DNA from: Candidatus Gastranaerophilales bacterium
Lineage (GTDB): Bacteria > Cyanobacteriota > Vampirovibrionia > Gastranaerophilales > Gastranaerophilaceae
DNA length: 64,000 bases
Assembly (NCBI GenBank): GCA_944325665.1
Contig: CALVAY010000005.1
Coordinates: 18,702-82,701 of the forward strand
Direction of reading: 5' to 3'
The position numbers were made by a program, and so were the translations under genes. This document shows positions 17,562 to 27,513 of this stretch, one piece after another (positions within the stretch are counted from its first letter, which is position 1; the number at the start of each line of letters is the position of its first letter). The notes under the pieces are model-generated. The model was not told the origin of the DNA. It saw only the letters and a program-made list of their open reading frames with translations, and did not search any database.

Positions 17562-18668
17562 ATGAGAAGAGTTTTTTTAATTTTTTTAGCTTTGTTGATT
17601 AGTCTAAATGCAGCTTTTGCGGTGGATTTTGACAATACAAACCTAAGAAAAAAAATTTCTCAAATGTTAATTGTGGGCTTTAACGGCACAAAACTCACAA
17701 AAGACAGCGTTTTATACGATGACATTGTTAACGAGAGAATTTCAGGCGTTATAATTTTTTCAAATAATCCAAATGACCCGAAAGATATTAAAAACGTTCA
17801 AAATCCAAAACAGTTGAAAAAATTAATCTCGGACATAAATGCATTGTCTAAGGTTAAATTATTCATATCAATTGACCAAGAGGGCGGAAATATTTCCCGT
17901 TTGCCCTCATCAAGAGGTTTCAAGGTTAAAACTCCGACCCACAAGGAATTAGGCGATTCTCAAGATGAGATGAACACTTATCTTGCATCAAAAAAAATCG
18001 CTCAAACACTCAGTGAATTAGGGTTTAATATGAACTTTGCCCCCTGTGTGGATTTGTCGCTTAATCCTAATTCTACAATAATTGCAAAGTTAGGACGCTC
18101 TTTTTCGGATAATCCTCAAACGGTTATAAAGCACGCAAATGCTTATATTTTGGCACATAATCAATATAATATTATGACAGTTTTAAAACATTTCCCCGGA
18201 CACGGCTCGGCTGCCTCGGATACTCATAAAGGTTTTGCGGATTCAAGCGAATTGTGGCAAGATGTTGAACTTGAGCCTTATCAAGCACTTATTTCAAGCG
18301 GTCTTGCTCAAAATATAATGGTTTCGCACATCTATAACAAAAAATTTGATGATAAATATCCCGCAAGCCTTTCAAGTAAAACGGTTAATGACCTTTTAAA
18401 AAAGAAATTGGGCTTTTCGGGGCTAATAATAATCGATGATTTGCAAATGGGTGCTATTGCCGATAATTTTACATTTGAAGAAGCCGTTGTGTCTGCAATT
18501 AATGCGGGCTGCGACATTATAATTTTGGGGAATAATTTAAGCTATGATAAAAACTTGGCTCAAAAGTTCAATGATGTTGTTTTTAATGCCGTTAAAGACG
18601 GAAAAATAAGCCCCAAAAGGATAGATGAGGCTTATTTAAAGATTATGAAAAGAAAACAAAATCTTTAG
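17562..18668 (+). CDS. Glycoside hydrolase family 3 (beta-N-acetylhexosaminidase, NagZ-like), secreted
   Basis: KHFPGHG motif, GH3 N-domain pattern and a signal peptide. Confidence 0.8.
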   Translation: MRRVFLIFLALLISLNAAFAVDFDNTNLRKKISQMLIVGFNGTKLTKDSVLYDDIVNERISGVIIFSNNPNDPKDIKNVQNPKQLKKLISDINALSKVKLFISIDQEGGNISRLPSSRGFKVKTPTHKELGDSQDEMNTYLASKKIAQTLSELGFNMNFAPCVDLSLNPNSTIIAKLGRSFSDNPQTVIKHANAYILAHNQYNIMTVLKHFPGHGSAASDTHKGFADSSELWQDVELEPYQALISSGLAQNIMVSHIYNKKFDDKYPASLSSKTVNDLLKKKLGFSGLIIIDDLQMGAIADNFTFEEAVVSAINAGCDIIILGNNLSYDKNLAQKFNDVVFNAVKDGKISPKRIDEAYLKIMKRKQNL

Positions 18669-18904
18669 TTTTCTTTGTTTTCAACAACATCGGGACTTAA
18701 AGACCAAAGTATTGCTGCAAGCCAGCCTAAGAAAGTCCACCCTAAAAAGATTGTAATCAAAGTAATTGCAAGCATTTGATTATGTTTTCTTGCCGCTGCT
18801 ATAATAACGGGAAGAAAATAAAGTGCAAGTGCTATAAAACCGCCTATTGCCAAGCCAAAAAGCATAAACATAAGCATAGTGCCAAAAATTGCTTCAATAC
18901 CCAT
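18665..18904 (-). CDS. Small membrane protein of the superinfection-immunity (Imm-like) family
   Basis: YFLPVIIAAARKHNQMLAITLITIFLGWTFLGWLAAILWSL matches my recollection of the family pattern YFLPxIIAxxRxHxNxxAI..N..LGWTxxGWxxALxWA. Confidence 0.55.
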   Translation of the reverse strand: MGIEAIFGTMLMFMLFGLAIGGFIALALYFLPVIIAAARKHNQMLAITLITIFLGWTFLGWLAAILWSLSPDVVENKEN

Positions 18905-18912
18905 TTAAACTC

Positions 18913-20247
18913 CTATTCGTTTTCTTGTGAATTTGCGACGCTTACTTGTCTTTTGATTTTTAATTTCACGATTCTTGCACCGTCGGTTTCTAAAACTCTA
19001 AAGTCAAAATCACCGATTGTAACAGTGTCGTTTTCTTTTGCCAAATGACCCAGATACTTAACCACCAAACCGCCGATTGTATCTACATCATCATCGTCAA
19101 ATTTAATGTCGAAATACTCGCTGAATTCGTCAACTCTCATCATTGCGTTTGCGACGTATTCGTTTTCATAAATTTCTCTGATGTCTGCTTCTTCTTCGTC
19201 AAATTCGTCCTGCACTTCGCCAAAGATTTCTTCTAAAACGTCCTCAAGTGTGATTAAACCTGAAACACCGCCGAATTCATCCATAACGATTGCCATTTGG
19301 GTTTTCTTTTCTTTAAATTCAAGAACCATATTGTCCATAGTCATTGTTTCAGGAACTAAAATCGGTTCTCTTAAAATTTCTTTTAAGTTAATTTCTCTTC
19401 CTTCAACAATTAAAGGGTAGATGTCTTTAACGTGCAATATACCTATAATATGGTCTAAATCTTCATTATATACGGGATAGCGTGTATATTGGTTTTCAAT
19501 AATTAATTTGTTTAAATCATCTATGCTAATATCAATCGGAACGCCTACAACGTCAGGACGGGGAACCATAACCTGTTTTGCAAGAATATCGGAGAATTTA
19601 AACACATTTTGCAAAATCTCTTTTTCGGTGTCGTTTAAAACCCCTTCCTTGTGGGATTCGTTGATAATCATATCAAGCTCTTCAACAGAGTGAACAATAT
19701 GCGCACTGTGTGCCGGCGGGATTTTAATTAATGACAAAAGCCAGTTTCCAAGCCCGTTTAAAAGGAAAATAAAGGGTGTAAAAATCTTTGTTATAGCGTA
19801 CATCGGACGTGCAACAAAAAGAGTTGTACGCTCCGGAAATTGCAGAGCAATTGACTTTGGCATTAATTCGCCCACAACAACATGCAAAAATGTAATTAGC
19901 GAAAAGGCTATTGTAACTGCAAGAGAGTGGGTCGCAAGACCTCTGTAAGCTTCGGGTAAAAAGTGGAAAATAGGTTCAACTATTCTTACAATGGTTGCTT
20001 CACCTACCCAACCTAAACCGATACTTGAAATCGTAATACCTAATTGCACTGCGGCAATTGTCTTATCAAGGTGTTCTATTCCGCCTAAAGCAATTTTGGC
20101 GTCTGTGTTGCCTTCATTTGTAAGTTGTGAAATTCTTGTTTTCCTGATACTTACAAATGCAAACTCGCTTGCTACAAAAAATCCGTTTGAAAATAACAAA
20201 AAAGCTACTACTAGCAAATTAAATATCAAACTCTGGTCTGTATCCAT
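18913..20247 (-). CDS. CNNM/DUF21-CBS-CorC_HlyC family transporter-associated protein (TlyC/CorC-like)
   Basis: 444 aa with four N-terminal TM helices, a CBS pair and a C-terminal CorC_HlyC-like domain. Confidence 0.85.
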   Translation of the reverse strand: MDTDQSLIFNLLVVAFLLFSNGFFVASEFAFVSIRKTRISQLTNEGNTDAKIALGGIEHLDKTIAAVQLGITISSIGLGWVGEATIVRIVEPIFHFLPEAYRGLATHSLAVTIAFSLITFLHVVVGELMPKSIALQFPERTTLFVARPMYAITKIFTPFIFLLNGLGNWLLSLIKIPPAHSAHIVHSVEELDMIINESHKEGVLNDTEKEILQNVFKFSDILAKQVMVPRPDVVGVPIDISIDDLNKLIIENQYTRYPVYNEDLDHIIGILHVKDIYPLIVEGREINLKEILREPILVPETMTMDNMVLEFKEKKTQMAIVMDEFGGVSGLITLEDVLEEIFGEVQDEFDEEEADIREIYENEYVANAMMRVDEFSEYFDIKFDDDDVDTIGGLVVKYLGHLAKENDTVTIGDFDFRVLETDGARIVKLKIKRQVSVANSQENE

Positions 20248-20324
20248 TTTTTCTCCCTAAAGTGTTAGTGATATTATACCTTAAAACAGCTTTTTTTCAA
20301 GTCCGCTAAATAGCCTATCCTGCC

Positions 20325-22001
20325 TTATTTTGCACTTTGTGAGCCAATTTTGAGCATTGTATTTAAATAATTTGTTAAAAGTTTCGGAACAAGCGGCGAG
20401 TGGATTGAAGAAAAGTCGATGATAAATTCATTTATTCCTAAATTTAAGTAATACGGTATTTTATCAAAATTTTGTATAATTTCTTCTTCAAACATATGCA
20501 TTTTGCAGAAACCGTCCACCATAATCGGGAAAGTTCTTTCAATTAGGGGATCTGTCATACACCAGTGTCCGATATGACAAGGTGCAGAGCAGGAAAGCCT
20601 TGAAACAACTGCACTGTCGCAGTTAAGAGGGCATAAACCGATGCTTTCAACTCTTTTTGCCCCGCCTATAAACATTTTTTTGTTTGAAATTAATCTTTTT
20701 GTCTTTTTAATGCAAGAGACAATATTTTCGCTGTCCCCAAGCGTTGAAAAATCTATTGCTTTAATCGGGTGAAGATTTGATAAACACTTAATTGAATAAC
20801 TGTTTAAAAGGTTAATTCCGCCCCCAATCTCAATTTGCGTTTCGCTTAGTTGAGAGTCGTTTATAATCGCCCAGAGCATGCCGATATTATTTACAACAAT
20901 TGTTGCAGGCTTTAAATCTTCAAGGGCAAGAGTTCTTATAAGTTCGTAAACTCTGTCAAAATCACGCTCGATAAGTATTCTTGGAGTTGAAAGATTTAAC
21001 TTAATTTTATGCTTTTTGCAAAAATCTTTTACAACTCTGACAAGGTCGTCAAAGCTTTTTGAATATAAGTCAACAGTTGAGGCAACTTCTCCGTATTCTA
21101 TTGAATTAATCGGGTTAAAGCCGAGTTTTTCAATGAATTTTTCAAGCTCTTTTAACTGCTCTAAGCTTGCAATTCTTAAATTCATCTTAGGCAGCTTAAG
21201 TGTTTTGTAGTCAAAATCAACCTTGAGCCTTGTCCCTTTTAGTTTCCACTCGTATTTGTGGATATTGTTTGCAAATTTAAAATCGCCCCCTTGAGCGCTT
21301 TGAATTTCTTTTGAAAAATGGTTAGTTCGATAAAAACTCTTTCTTACATGCACAAAGGGCAGTTTTTGCTCTTTGAACATTTTTGGTTTTGCTAAAATCT
21401 TTTCAATCAGCTTAATAGCGTTTAAAATTTCTTCGCTGCTGTTAAATTTCCCTTTGATAACAACTCCTGACACCGCTTTTGATTTGATTATGTCATCTGC
21501 AAAGTAAGGAAGGTTATCTGTGTCGATTGCAAGCGGGATTTTTGCATATTTTTTAATTTTTTCAATATTTTTAAGATAAATTTCTTCGGTAATAATAAGC
21601 CTGTCAATTTTATGGAACATTTCCATAAATTCAATACCGCAAAGGTTATGGATGTCAAAATAGGAATCGATAATTACCTTAAAAGGTAAATCCATGGTTT
21701 TAATTATTTCTAAAATTCCGTAAGAATTTACGAAAATGCCGTCTATTTTTGTTGTGTGCAAAAATTCTATGAATTTTTTTGTTTTTGAAACTTCTTCCTC
21801 ATCAATCGAGTGTTTAAAGTTTACATATATTTTTGCGTTGGCATTATGTGCAGCTTTTATGTATTCGTTTACGTATTCAAAATTATCATTGTTTATAAAA
21901 CGATGATGATAAACGTAAAATTCTCTGCAATTTGTCTTTTGGCAAAATTCCGTAATACTCTCAGGAGTTTTGACAGGCGACACCACAAAAATTTCTTTCA
22001 T
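20325..22001 (-). CDS. Hypothetical protein; two tandem peptidase-U32-like / TIM-barrel-like halves with a C-terminal Cys cluster (tentative)
   Basis: 558 aa. Only weak resemblance to the U32 family layout. Contains the Cys-rich LCPLNCDSAVVSRLSCSAPCHIGHWC. Confidence 0.3.
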   Translation of the reverse strand: MKEIFVVSPVKTPESITEFCQKTNCREFYVYHHRFINNDNFEYVNEYIKAAHNANAKIYVNFKHSIDEEEVSKTKKFIEFLHTTKIDGIFVNSYGILEIIKTMDLPFKVIIDSYFDIHNLCGIEFMEMFHKIDRLIITEEIYLKNIEKIKKYAKIPLAIDTDNLPYFADDIIKSKAVSGVVIKGKFNSSEEILNAIKLIEKILAKPKMFKEQKLPFVHVRKSFYRTNHFSKEIQSAQGGDFKFANNIHKYEWKLKGTRLKVDFDYKTLKLPKMNLRIASLEQLKELEKFIEKLGFNPINSIEYGEVASTVDLYSKSFDDLVRVVKDFCKKHKIKLNLSTPRILIERDFDRVYELIRTLALEDLKPATIVVNNIGMLWAIINDSQLSETQIEIGGGINLLNSYSIKCLSNLHPIKAIDFSTLGDSENIVSCIKKTKRLISNKKMFIGGAKRVESIGLCPLNCDSAVVSRLSCSAPCHIGHWCMTDPLIERTFPIMVDGFCKMHMFEEEIIQNFDKIPYYLNLGINEFIIDFSSIHSPLVPKLLTNYLNTMLKIGSQSAK

Positions 22002-22038
22002 TCCTAAATAATAGGCTTTTAGTTAGATTTAGTCAAGC

Positions 22039-22812
22039 TTATGGGTTAATTCTGATAACTCCCTTAACATTTTTGTCTATGTTTAAACTTTCAAAAAGAC
22101 TGTGTCTTAATTCATCGGGAGAATTTGCACTGTAAAATCTTCCTGAAGTTGTAAGTGCAGTGCATTTCAGTTGATTTTGCGCCTCGGGGTCAAAAATATC
22201 AAAAGCGATAACATCAATCATAATATCATTTCTTGTTCGCATTAGTTCAATAGCGTACGTACAAGGGCTTTCATCGCAGTTTTCGCCCCCGTCGGTCAAA
22301 AGAATTATGTGTTTTTTACCGCTAACTCCTGCAAAATCCGAGTTTATGGCTTGTTTTAGCGAGTAAGTAATCGGCGTCCAGCCCACAGCCGAAGTTTTAT
22401 AAAGCGAGGCTAAAATATCCTGCGAGTTATTTTGTCCCAAAGGTACTGCAAGTTTTGACGCCATGCAGCCGTCAAGATAAGTAAAACCGCCTCGATGTCC
22501 GTAAATCCTTAGTCCTGTTTGAACATTTTGAGGTATTTGAGGCAAAATGGAAGTTAAAGTGTCAATCGCCACCTGTAATTTTGTCTTATCTCCCATTTTT
22601 TCATTCATCGAATTAGAAAAATCAACAATGAATAAAACCTTAGACAAAGGGGTAAAGTTTTTCGGTTTAACTTGAGTGTTTAAATTTGGGTTTACCTCAT
22701 AAACGTTATATTTGAAATCATTTTGAGCAGAATTTGACCTTTGTATGTTTACAAAAAATATTAAAATTACTAAAATAAAAATAAATTTTTTCATAGAGTT
22801 ATTATACATCAA
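22039..22812 (-). CDS. Secreted von Willebrand factor A (VWA) domain protein
   Basis: Signal peptide. MIDAS motif DFSNSM. LLTDGGEN. Confidence 0.75.
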   Translation of the reverse strand: MMYNNSMKKFIFILVILIFFVNIQRSNSAQNDFKYNVYEVNPNLNTQVKPKNFTPLSKVLFIVDFSNSMNEKMGDKTKLQVAIDTLTSILPQIPQNVQTGLRIYGHRGGFTYLDGCMASKLAVPLGQNNSQDILASLYKTSAVGWTPITYSLKQAINSDFAGVSGKKHIILLTDGGENCDESPCTYAIELMRTRNDIMIDVIAFDIFDPEAQNQLKCTALTTSGRFYSANSPDELRHSLFESLNIDKNVKGVIRINP

Positions 22813-22826
22813 GAAATGAGGTAAAA

Positions 22827-23468
22827 GTGGACAATCAAGAATATTTTTTCCATATCATGGATACAAGAAAGACTATAAGAAAATATGAAGATTTTATACC
22901 CCCCATTGAGGATATTAAAAGAATAATAAATTCGGCAAGACTTGCAACAAGTGCTATTAATGCTCAAAACTGGAAATTTATTGCAATTTACAATAAAGAC
23001 GTAAAGCAAAAAATGGCACAAGGTGTGCTTGATACTTATGAAAAGATTTTATCCAACCTTAGTGATGATGAGCTAAAACAAAATGTTGAAAGATACAAAG
23101 GACATTCTACGTTTTTTCAAAATGCTCCTGTCGTAATTGCTTGTATCATGACAAAAGCACCCTCTTTCTTGGACGGGGTGCTTGAGTCCTCTGGTTTTGA
23201 GTGTGCGAAAATTAAACTAATGCGTCCCGATTCTCAGCTTTTGAGCATGGGCGGTGCTGTTGAGAACATGTCTTTAGCAGCGCACGCATTAGGTTTGGGC
23301 AGCTGTTGGATGGTTGCACCAATCATTGCCCAAGATATATTTAGAGAGATTTTACAGTTAGATAAGGATGATAAGATAGTGTCATTATTGACGATTGGGA
23401 AGCCTTGCGTTAGTGATAATCGAGCTGTTAAAAAACCTCTTGAAGATGTGATGACAGTTATAGAATAG
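22827..23468 (+). CDS. Nitroreductase family protein
   Basis: RKTIRKY, NAQNWKFI and the typical family length. Confidence 0.8.
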   Translation: MDNQEYFFHIMDTRKTIRKYEDFIPPIEDIKRIINSARLATSAINAQNWKFIAIYNKDVKQKMAQGVLDTYEKILSNLSDDELKQNVERYKGHSTFFQNAPVVIACIMTKAPSFLDGVLESSGFECAKIKLMRPDSQLLSMGGAVENMSLAAHALGLGSCWMVAPIIAQDIFREILQLDKDDKIVSLLTIGKPCVSDNRAVKKPLEDVMTVIE

Positions 23469-23572
23469 AAAAAGACAGTTTAGAATTTAAGAGACGAGAA
23501 TTTTGCGAGATTGTAAATCAACAACTCGCAAAATCCTAACTCTTTTAATCAACACCTAAATTTTCTTGATAA

Positions 23573-23776
23573 CTACATTAAACCTAACATTTTTTTGTAC
23601 CAGCTGAACGTTTCAAGTTCAAGCCCGTTAAAGGTAGTTTTTAAGCATTGTTTTTTGAGGTAGTGTTGAAATTCATCGTTAAATTTCGACTTAATTGTCG
23701 GTTTGACCTTAAGTTTTTCTACCAGAGTTGACATCATTTTGCCTCCCATTTTTTTTAACGCACACATATCTAACAA
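23573..23776 (-). CDS. Hypothetical small protein
   Basis: ORF only. Confidence 0.25.
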   Translation of the reverse strand: MLDMCALKKMGGKMMSTLVEKLKVKPTIKSKFNDEFQHYLKKQCLKTTFNGLELETFSWYKKMLGLM

Positions 23777-23878
23777 CCTTGAGTATATTATATCACAGTT
23801 TACAAAATTTGTAAGCCCTTTTTATTAGCCATGTGGCTAATATTCAAGCTATTTTTGAAATTTTTTTGTAAATTTTTG

Positions 23879-24613
23879 TTAAACAAATGTTGCTTTTTTG
23901 TATATATCTTTTATGTCATTTGCTAAGCTTGTAGCACAATGCTTTTCATCACCTGTTTGCAGGTATCCGTATTTTTCTGCAATTCTTTCCTTAAGCGGAG
24001 TTAAGCTGAAATTGAAAAATAATTTCGGGTATAAGCTGACCCCTTGGGAAAATAAAAAAGAGTTATGCCCTGTAAAAATATCTTTATATTTTTGTCTGTA
24101 AAACCTGTGAGCAAGGACGTTTAAGCCCATGCAGTTCAGTTCTTCCTGAATTGAGTTTTCGCTGTCTTTGTCTTTTCCATGCCCGCATTCGTGTAAAATT
24201 GCTTCTGAAATTGCAAGAACATCCGCAAATGAGCAGTTGTTTTTGTAATTAGAGTTAATCATAATAAGGCTTTTGCCGTTTTTTTCGTCCCAGTGCAGGC
24301 ATGCGTGAACTTTTGGGTTTGAAAAATCAGCGTATAAGACTTCGGTATTTGAACTTTTAATCCAGTCAACCGCCTCTTTGCCGCTGTTAAAGGGGAGTTT
24401 TATCCCTAAGTTTTGCATGTAAATTAAATCATTTGGTAAAAATTCTACCCTTGAAAGCTCATCCAACGCCTTATTTATAGTAGAAATTTGCACGCTGTCA
24501 GGTTTTTCGGGAGTTGCCCACACAGGGGTAGCACCGCTTGAACCCTCGGTGTTTTGAGGCTTTTTTCTCCTTATAAAATAAGGCGAATTTAGAAAAATTT
24601 TATTAATTTCCAT
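23879..24613 (-). CDS. Hypothetical protein with an HExxH motif (possible metallopeptidase)
   Basis: ILHECGHGKD. No other recognisable domain. Confidence 0.45.
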   Translation of the reverse strand: MEINKIFLNSPYFIRRKKPQNTEGSSGATPVWATPEKPDSVQISTINKALDELSRVEFLPNDLIYMQNLGIKLPFNSGKEAVDWIKSSNTEVLYADFSNPKVHACLHWDEKNGKSLIMINSNYKNNCSFADVLAISEAILHECGHGKDKDSENSIQEELNCMGLNVLAHRFYRQKYKDIFTGHNSFLFSQGVSLYPKLFFNFSLTPLKERIAEKYGYLQTGDEKHCATSLANDIKDIYKKATFV

Positions 24614-24670
24614 AATATCCTATACACCTAAAACCCCTGAAAAATATTTTTTTATAGTATAATACATTCT

Positions 24671-25951
24671 ATGATTAAAAGGTATTCAAGAGAAGAAATT
24701 TCTTCCATTTGGGAATTGGAAAATAAATTTGCAACCTATCTAAAGGTTGAATTAGCAGTCTGCAAAGCATATAACAAGCTTGGCGTTATACCCGATGAAG
24801 CTCTGTCGCACATTTTAAAAACGGCAGATTTTAATGTCGAGAGAATTGATGAAATTGAGCAAACAGTACGCCACGACGTTATTGCTTTTTTGACAAATGT
24901 AAATGAAAACATAGGGGAAAAATATTCCTCTTATATGCACATGGGGCTTACAAGCTCTGATGTTATAGACACTGCTTTTGCTCTTCAGATAAAAGAGAGT
25001 TCAAAAATTATAAATGAAGATTTGGATGTTCTTTTAAATTCTATTAAAGAACTTGCCCAAAAACACAAAAATACAGTGTGCTTGGGGCGCTCTCACGGAA
25101 TTGGAGCAGAGGTTATAACCTTTGGTTTTAAACTTTTAAACTGGTATGATATGCTTCAAAGGGCAAAAGAAAGATTTAACTACGCTCTTGATGATGTTTT
25201 ATGCGGTCAGATTTCAGGCCCTGTGGGTACATATTCAAATGTTAATCCTAAAGTAGAAGAAATTACTTGTGAACTTTTAGGGCTAAAACCTGCGAAAATT
25301 TCCACACAAGTAATTGCAAGGGACAGACACAGTGCCTACATTAGTGCAATAGCTCACATTGCAAGCGCTATTGAAACTTTTTCAATCGAGATTAGACACT
25401 TGCAGCGTTGGGAAGTTTGCGAGGTTGAAGAAGGCTTTAGCTCAGGGCAAAAGGGGTCAAGTGCCATGCCGCACAAGAAAAACCCGATTGCAACAGAGAA
25501 CCTCTCGGGTCTTGCAAGAGTTTTAAGGTCAAATTCTATTGCTGCAATGGAAAATATTGCCCTTTGGCATGAAAGAGATATTTCTCACTCAAGCGTAGAG
25601 AGAATTATTTTCCCTGATTCGACAATTTTAATTGATTACATGCTAAACAGGTTTAATAACGTTGTGAACAATCTTGTTGTTAAGCCTCAAAATATGATTA
25701 AAAATATTAACAAATACGGCGGAATAATTTTCTCGCAAGCTTGTCTTTTAAAGCTTTGTCAAAAAATGACAAGAGAAGAAGCTTATAAAATTGTTCAAAA
25801 AGAGGCTCTTGATGCGTTTAACCTTCAAGATGCGGGAAATTTTAAAGAGAATATGAAAAAACATTTATCTCAAGAAGAGATTGAAGAATGTTTTTGCGAA
25901 GAAAAATATTTAGAAAATATTTCCTTGATATACAAGCGTTTTGGGCTATAA
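24671..25951 (+). CDS. purB: Adenylosuccinate lyase
   Basis: Fumarate-lyase signature GSSAMPHKKNP. The N-terminus RYSREEISSIW is typical of PurB. Confidence 0.9.
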   Translation: MIKRYSREEISSIWELENKFATYLKVELAVCKAYNKLGVIPDEALSHILKTADFNVERIDEIEQTVRHDVIAFLTNVNENIGEKYSSYMHMGLTSSDVIDTAFALQIKESSKIINEDLDVLLNSIKELAQKHKNTVCLGRSHGIGAEVITFGFKLLNWYDMLQRAKERFNYALDDVLCGQISGPVGTYSNVNPKVEEITCELLGLKPAKISTQVIARDRHSAYISAIAHIASAIETFSIEIRHLQRWEVCEVEEGFSSGQKGSSAMPHKKNPIATENLSGLARVLRSNSIAAMENIALWHERDISHSSVERIIFPDSTILIDYMLNRFNNVVNNLVVKPQNMIKNINKYGGIIFSQACLLKLCQKMTREEAYKIVQKEALDAFNLQDAGNFKENMKKHLSQEEIEECFCEEKYLENISLIYKRFGL

Positions 25952-26019
25952 AAAAAATTTTTTTAAAAAAAATGAACAAATTGTTTTTACATTCGTTATT
26001 AAAATGTAGGAGCAAAAAA

Positions 26020-26316
26020 ATGGAAAATAACAAAATCGACTTCAATCAAAAAAAACAGGAACAATATGAACTAAAAAGAGTGTCCGAGCTTATTGGTGAA
26101 GTAAGACCTTATTTTCTTAATCAAATTCAGAAGAAAAAGGCAGCTAAAACAAGGGCAAAAGCTATGGTGGCAGCAGTTTTCGTTTTGTTTTTGGGTTTTT
26201 TCTCCACAGTTGCAAATTACGAGTATGATATAGTAAACTCAATTGTTTATCACGATTTATCCGCACAGGATATGGGTTTTCCCACTGATGAATACGGGTT
26301 TATTATGGTAGAGTGA
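26020..26316 (+). CDS. Single-pass membrane protein translationally coupled to the ECF sigma gene (possible anti-sigma or accessory factor)
   Basis: ATG at 26020 follows AGGAG. The track start at 25888 lies inside purB. One TM segment (AMVAAVFVLFLGFF). The stop overlaps the sigma gene ATG. Confidence 0.4.
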   Translation: MENNKIDFNQKKQEQYELKRVSELIGEVRPYFLNQIQKKKAAKTRAKAMVAAVFVLFLGFFSTVANYEYDIVNSIVYHDLSAQDMGFPTDEYGFIMVE

Positions 26317-26807
26317 TGAACTTCAACGAACTAATCGAACAAAACAAGCAAAATGTCAGAAGGATTATAAAACTTATAACAAAAGAACAAAATGAAGATT
26401 TGGAACAAGAAGTTTATATAAAAGTCTGGCAGAATAAAGATAAATACGAAGAGAAGGGTAAAATTACAGGTTGGATAGGCACAATAGCCAAGAACCTCTC
26501 AAAGGACTACCTAAAATCTTCCTATGTCAAAAAAAGAGGTGAATTTGACGAAGATGGCATCTCTCAAATACAAGATAAAAAGGCAACACCCGAGCTGAAA
26601 TTAATACAAAACGAAAGGCAAAAAAGAATAATAGAGGCGATTGAAAGCCTGAAACCAAAGTATAAAGAAGTAATTATGCTTTTTGAAATCCAAAATGTTC
26701 CCTATGAACAAATTGCAAAGCAGCTTAAATGCCCGGTGGGAACAGTAAAATCAAGATTATATAATGCAAAAAAAGAGCTCTCGATAATGTTAAAAGATTT
26801 AATTTAG
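26313..26807 (+). CDS. ECF-type RNA polymerase sigma factor
   Basis: 164 aa with sigma70 region 2 (EDLEQEVYIKVW) and the region 4 HTH (YEQIAKQLKCPVGTVKSRLYNAKKEL). Confidence 0.8.
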   Translation: MMNFNELIEQNKQNVRRIIKLITKEQNEDLEQEVYIKVWQNKDKYEEKGKITGWIGTIAKNLSKDYLKSSYVKKRGEFDEDGISQIQDKKATPELKLIQNERQKRIIEAIESLKPKYKEVIMLFEIQNVPYEQIAKQLKCPVGTVKSRLYNAKKELSIMLKDLI

Positions 26808-26820
26808 AAAGGACTTTTTT

Positions 26821-27396
26821 ATGAAAAAAACAATAATTCTGGCATCAACTTTGGCAGTAGTATTTATGGCAAACACAGCATTTGCTGCACCCTGTCCGAT
26901 AAGTGAAGATAAACCTTGTCCTTCTCCTTGCGCTAAGATGGAGCAAAAATGCAAAAAACCTCCAATGTCTCCTGAAATGAAGGCTAAAATGGAGCAAAGA
27001 AAGGCTGAATTTGACAAAAAGCTAAACTTAACTGATGAACAAAAAGAAAAAATTGAAAAAATCAGACAAGACGGCAGAGAAAAAATGAAGCCCGTAATGG
27101 AAGAAATAAAAGTTAAGAAAGAACAAATAAGAGCAATTCGTGAAAACGGAAAATTAACTCAAGCTGAAGCTAAGGCAAAAATCGATGCTATTCATAAAGA
27201 CTTAAAAGAGCTAAAAGCTAAGGCTGCTGAAATCAGAAAACAAAACATGCAAGAGTTTGAAGCAGTTTTGACAGACAAACAAAAGAAAACTCTTGAAAAA
27301 ATGAAACAAGACGGCAGAAAAGAATTTGCAAAAAAACATAAAAAAGGTCATAGACCAATGCACAGACCACACAGTACAACCCCAATGGATAAATAA
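26821..27396 (+). CDS. Periplasmic Spy/CpxP-like (LTXXQ motif) protein
   Basis: Signal peptide, then LTDEQKEKIEKI and LTDKQKKTLEKM repeats. Confidence 0.55.
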   Translation: MKKTIILASTLAVVFMANTAFAAPCPISEDKPCPSPCAKMEQKCKKPPMSPEMKAKMEQRKAEFDKKLNLTDEQKEKIEKIRQDGREKMKPVMEEIKVKKEQIRAIRENGKLTQAEAKAKIDAIHKDLKELKAKAAEIRKQNMQEFEAVLTDKQKKTLEKMKQDGRKEFAKKHKKGHRPMHRPHSTTPMDK

Positions 27397-27417
27397 TTAA
27401 TTCACTACAACCGATTT

Positions 27418-27451
27418 AATTGCCTCGTTTTTTGCGGGGCAATTCTTTTTT
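27418..27451 (+). terminator. Rho-independent terminator
   Basis: AATTGCCTCG / CGGGGCAATT stem followed by CTTTTTT. Confidence 0.6.
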
Positions 27452-27513
27452 CTTGCCAATTAATTTGTAAATTGTATAATGATAATTATCTAGATATTAT
27501 TTTGGAGTTGAGT

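Noticed and set aside
25888-26019. The upstream start of the membrane-protein ORF inside purB
   Set aside because: It overlaps the purB 3' end in another frame. The ATG at 26020 follows an AGGAG and gives a sensible 98-aa TM protein.
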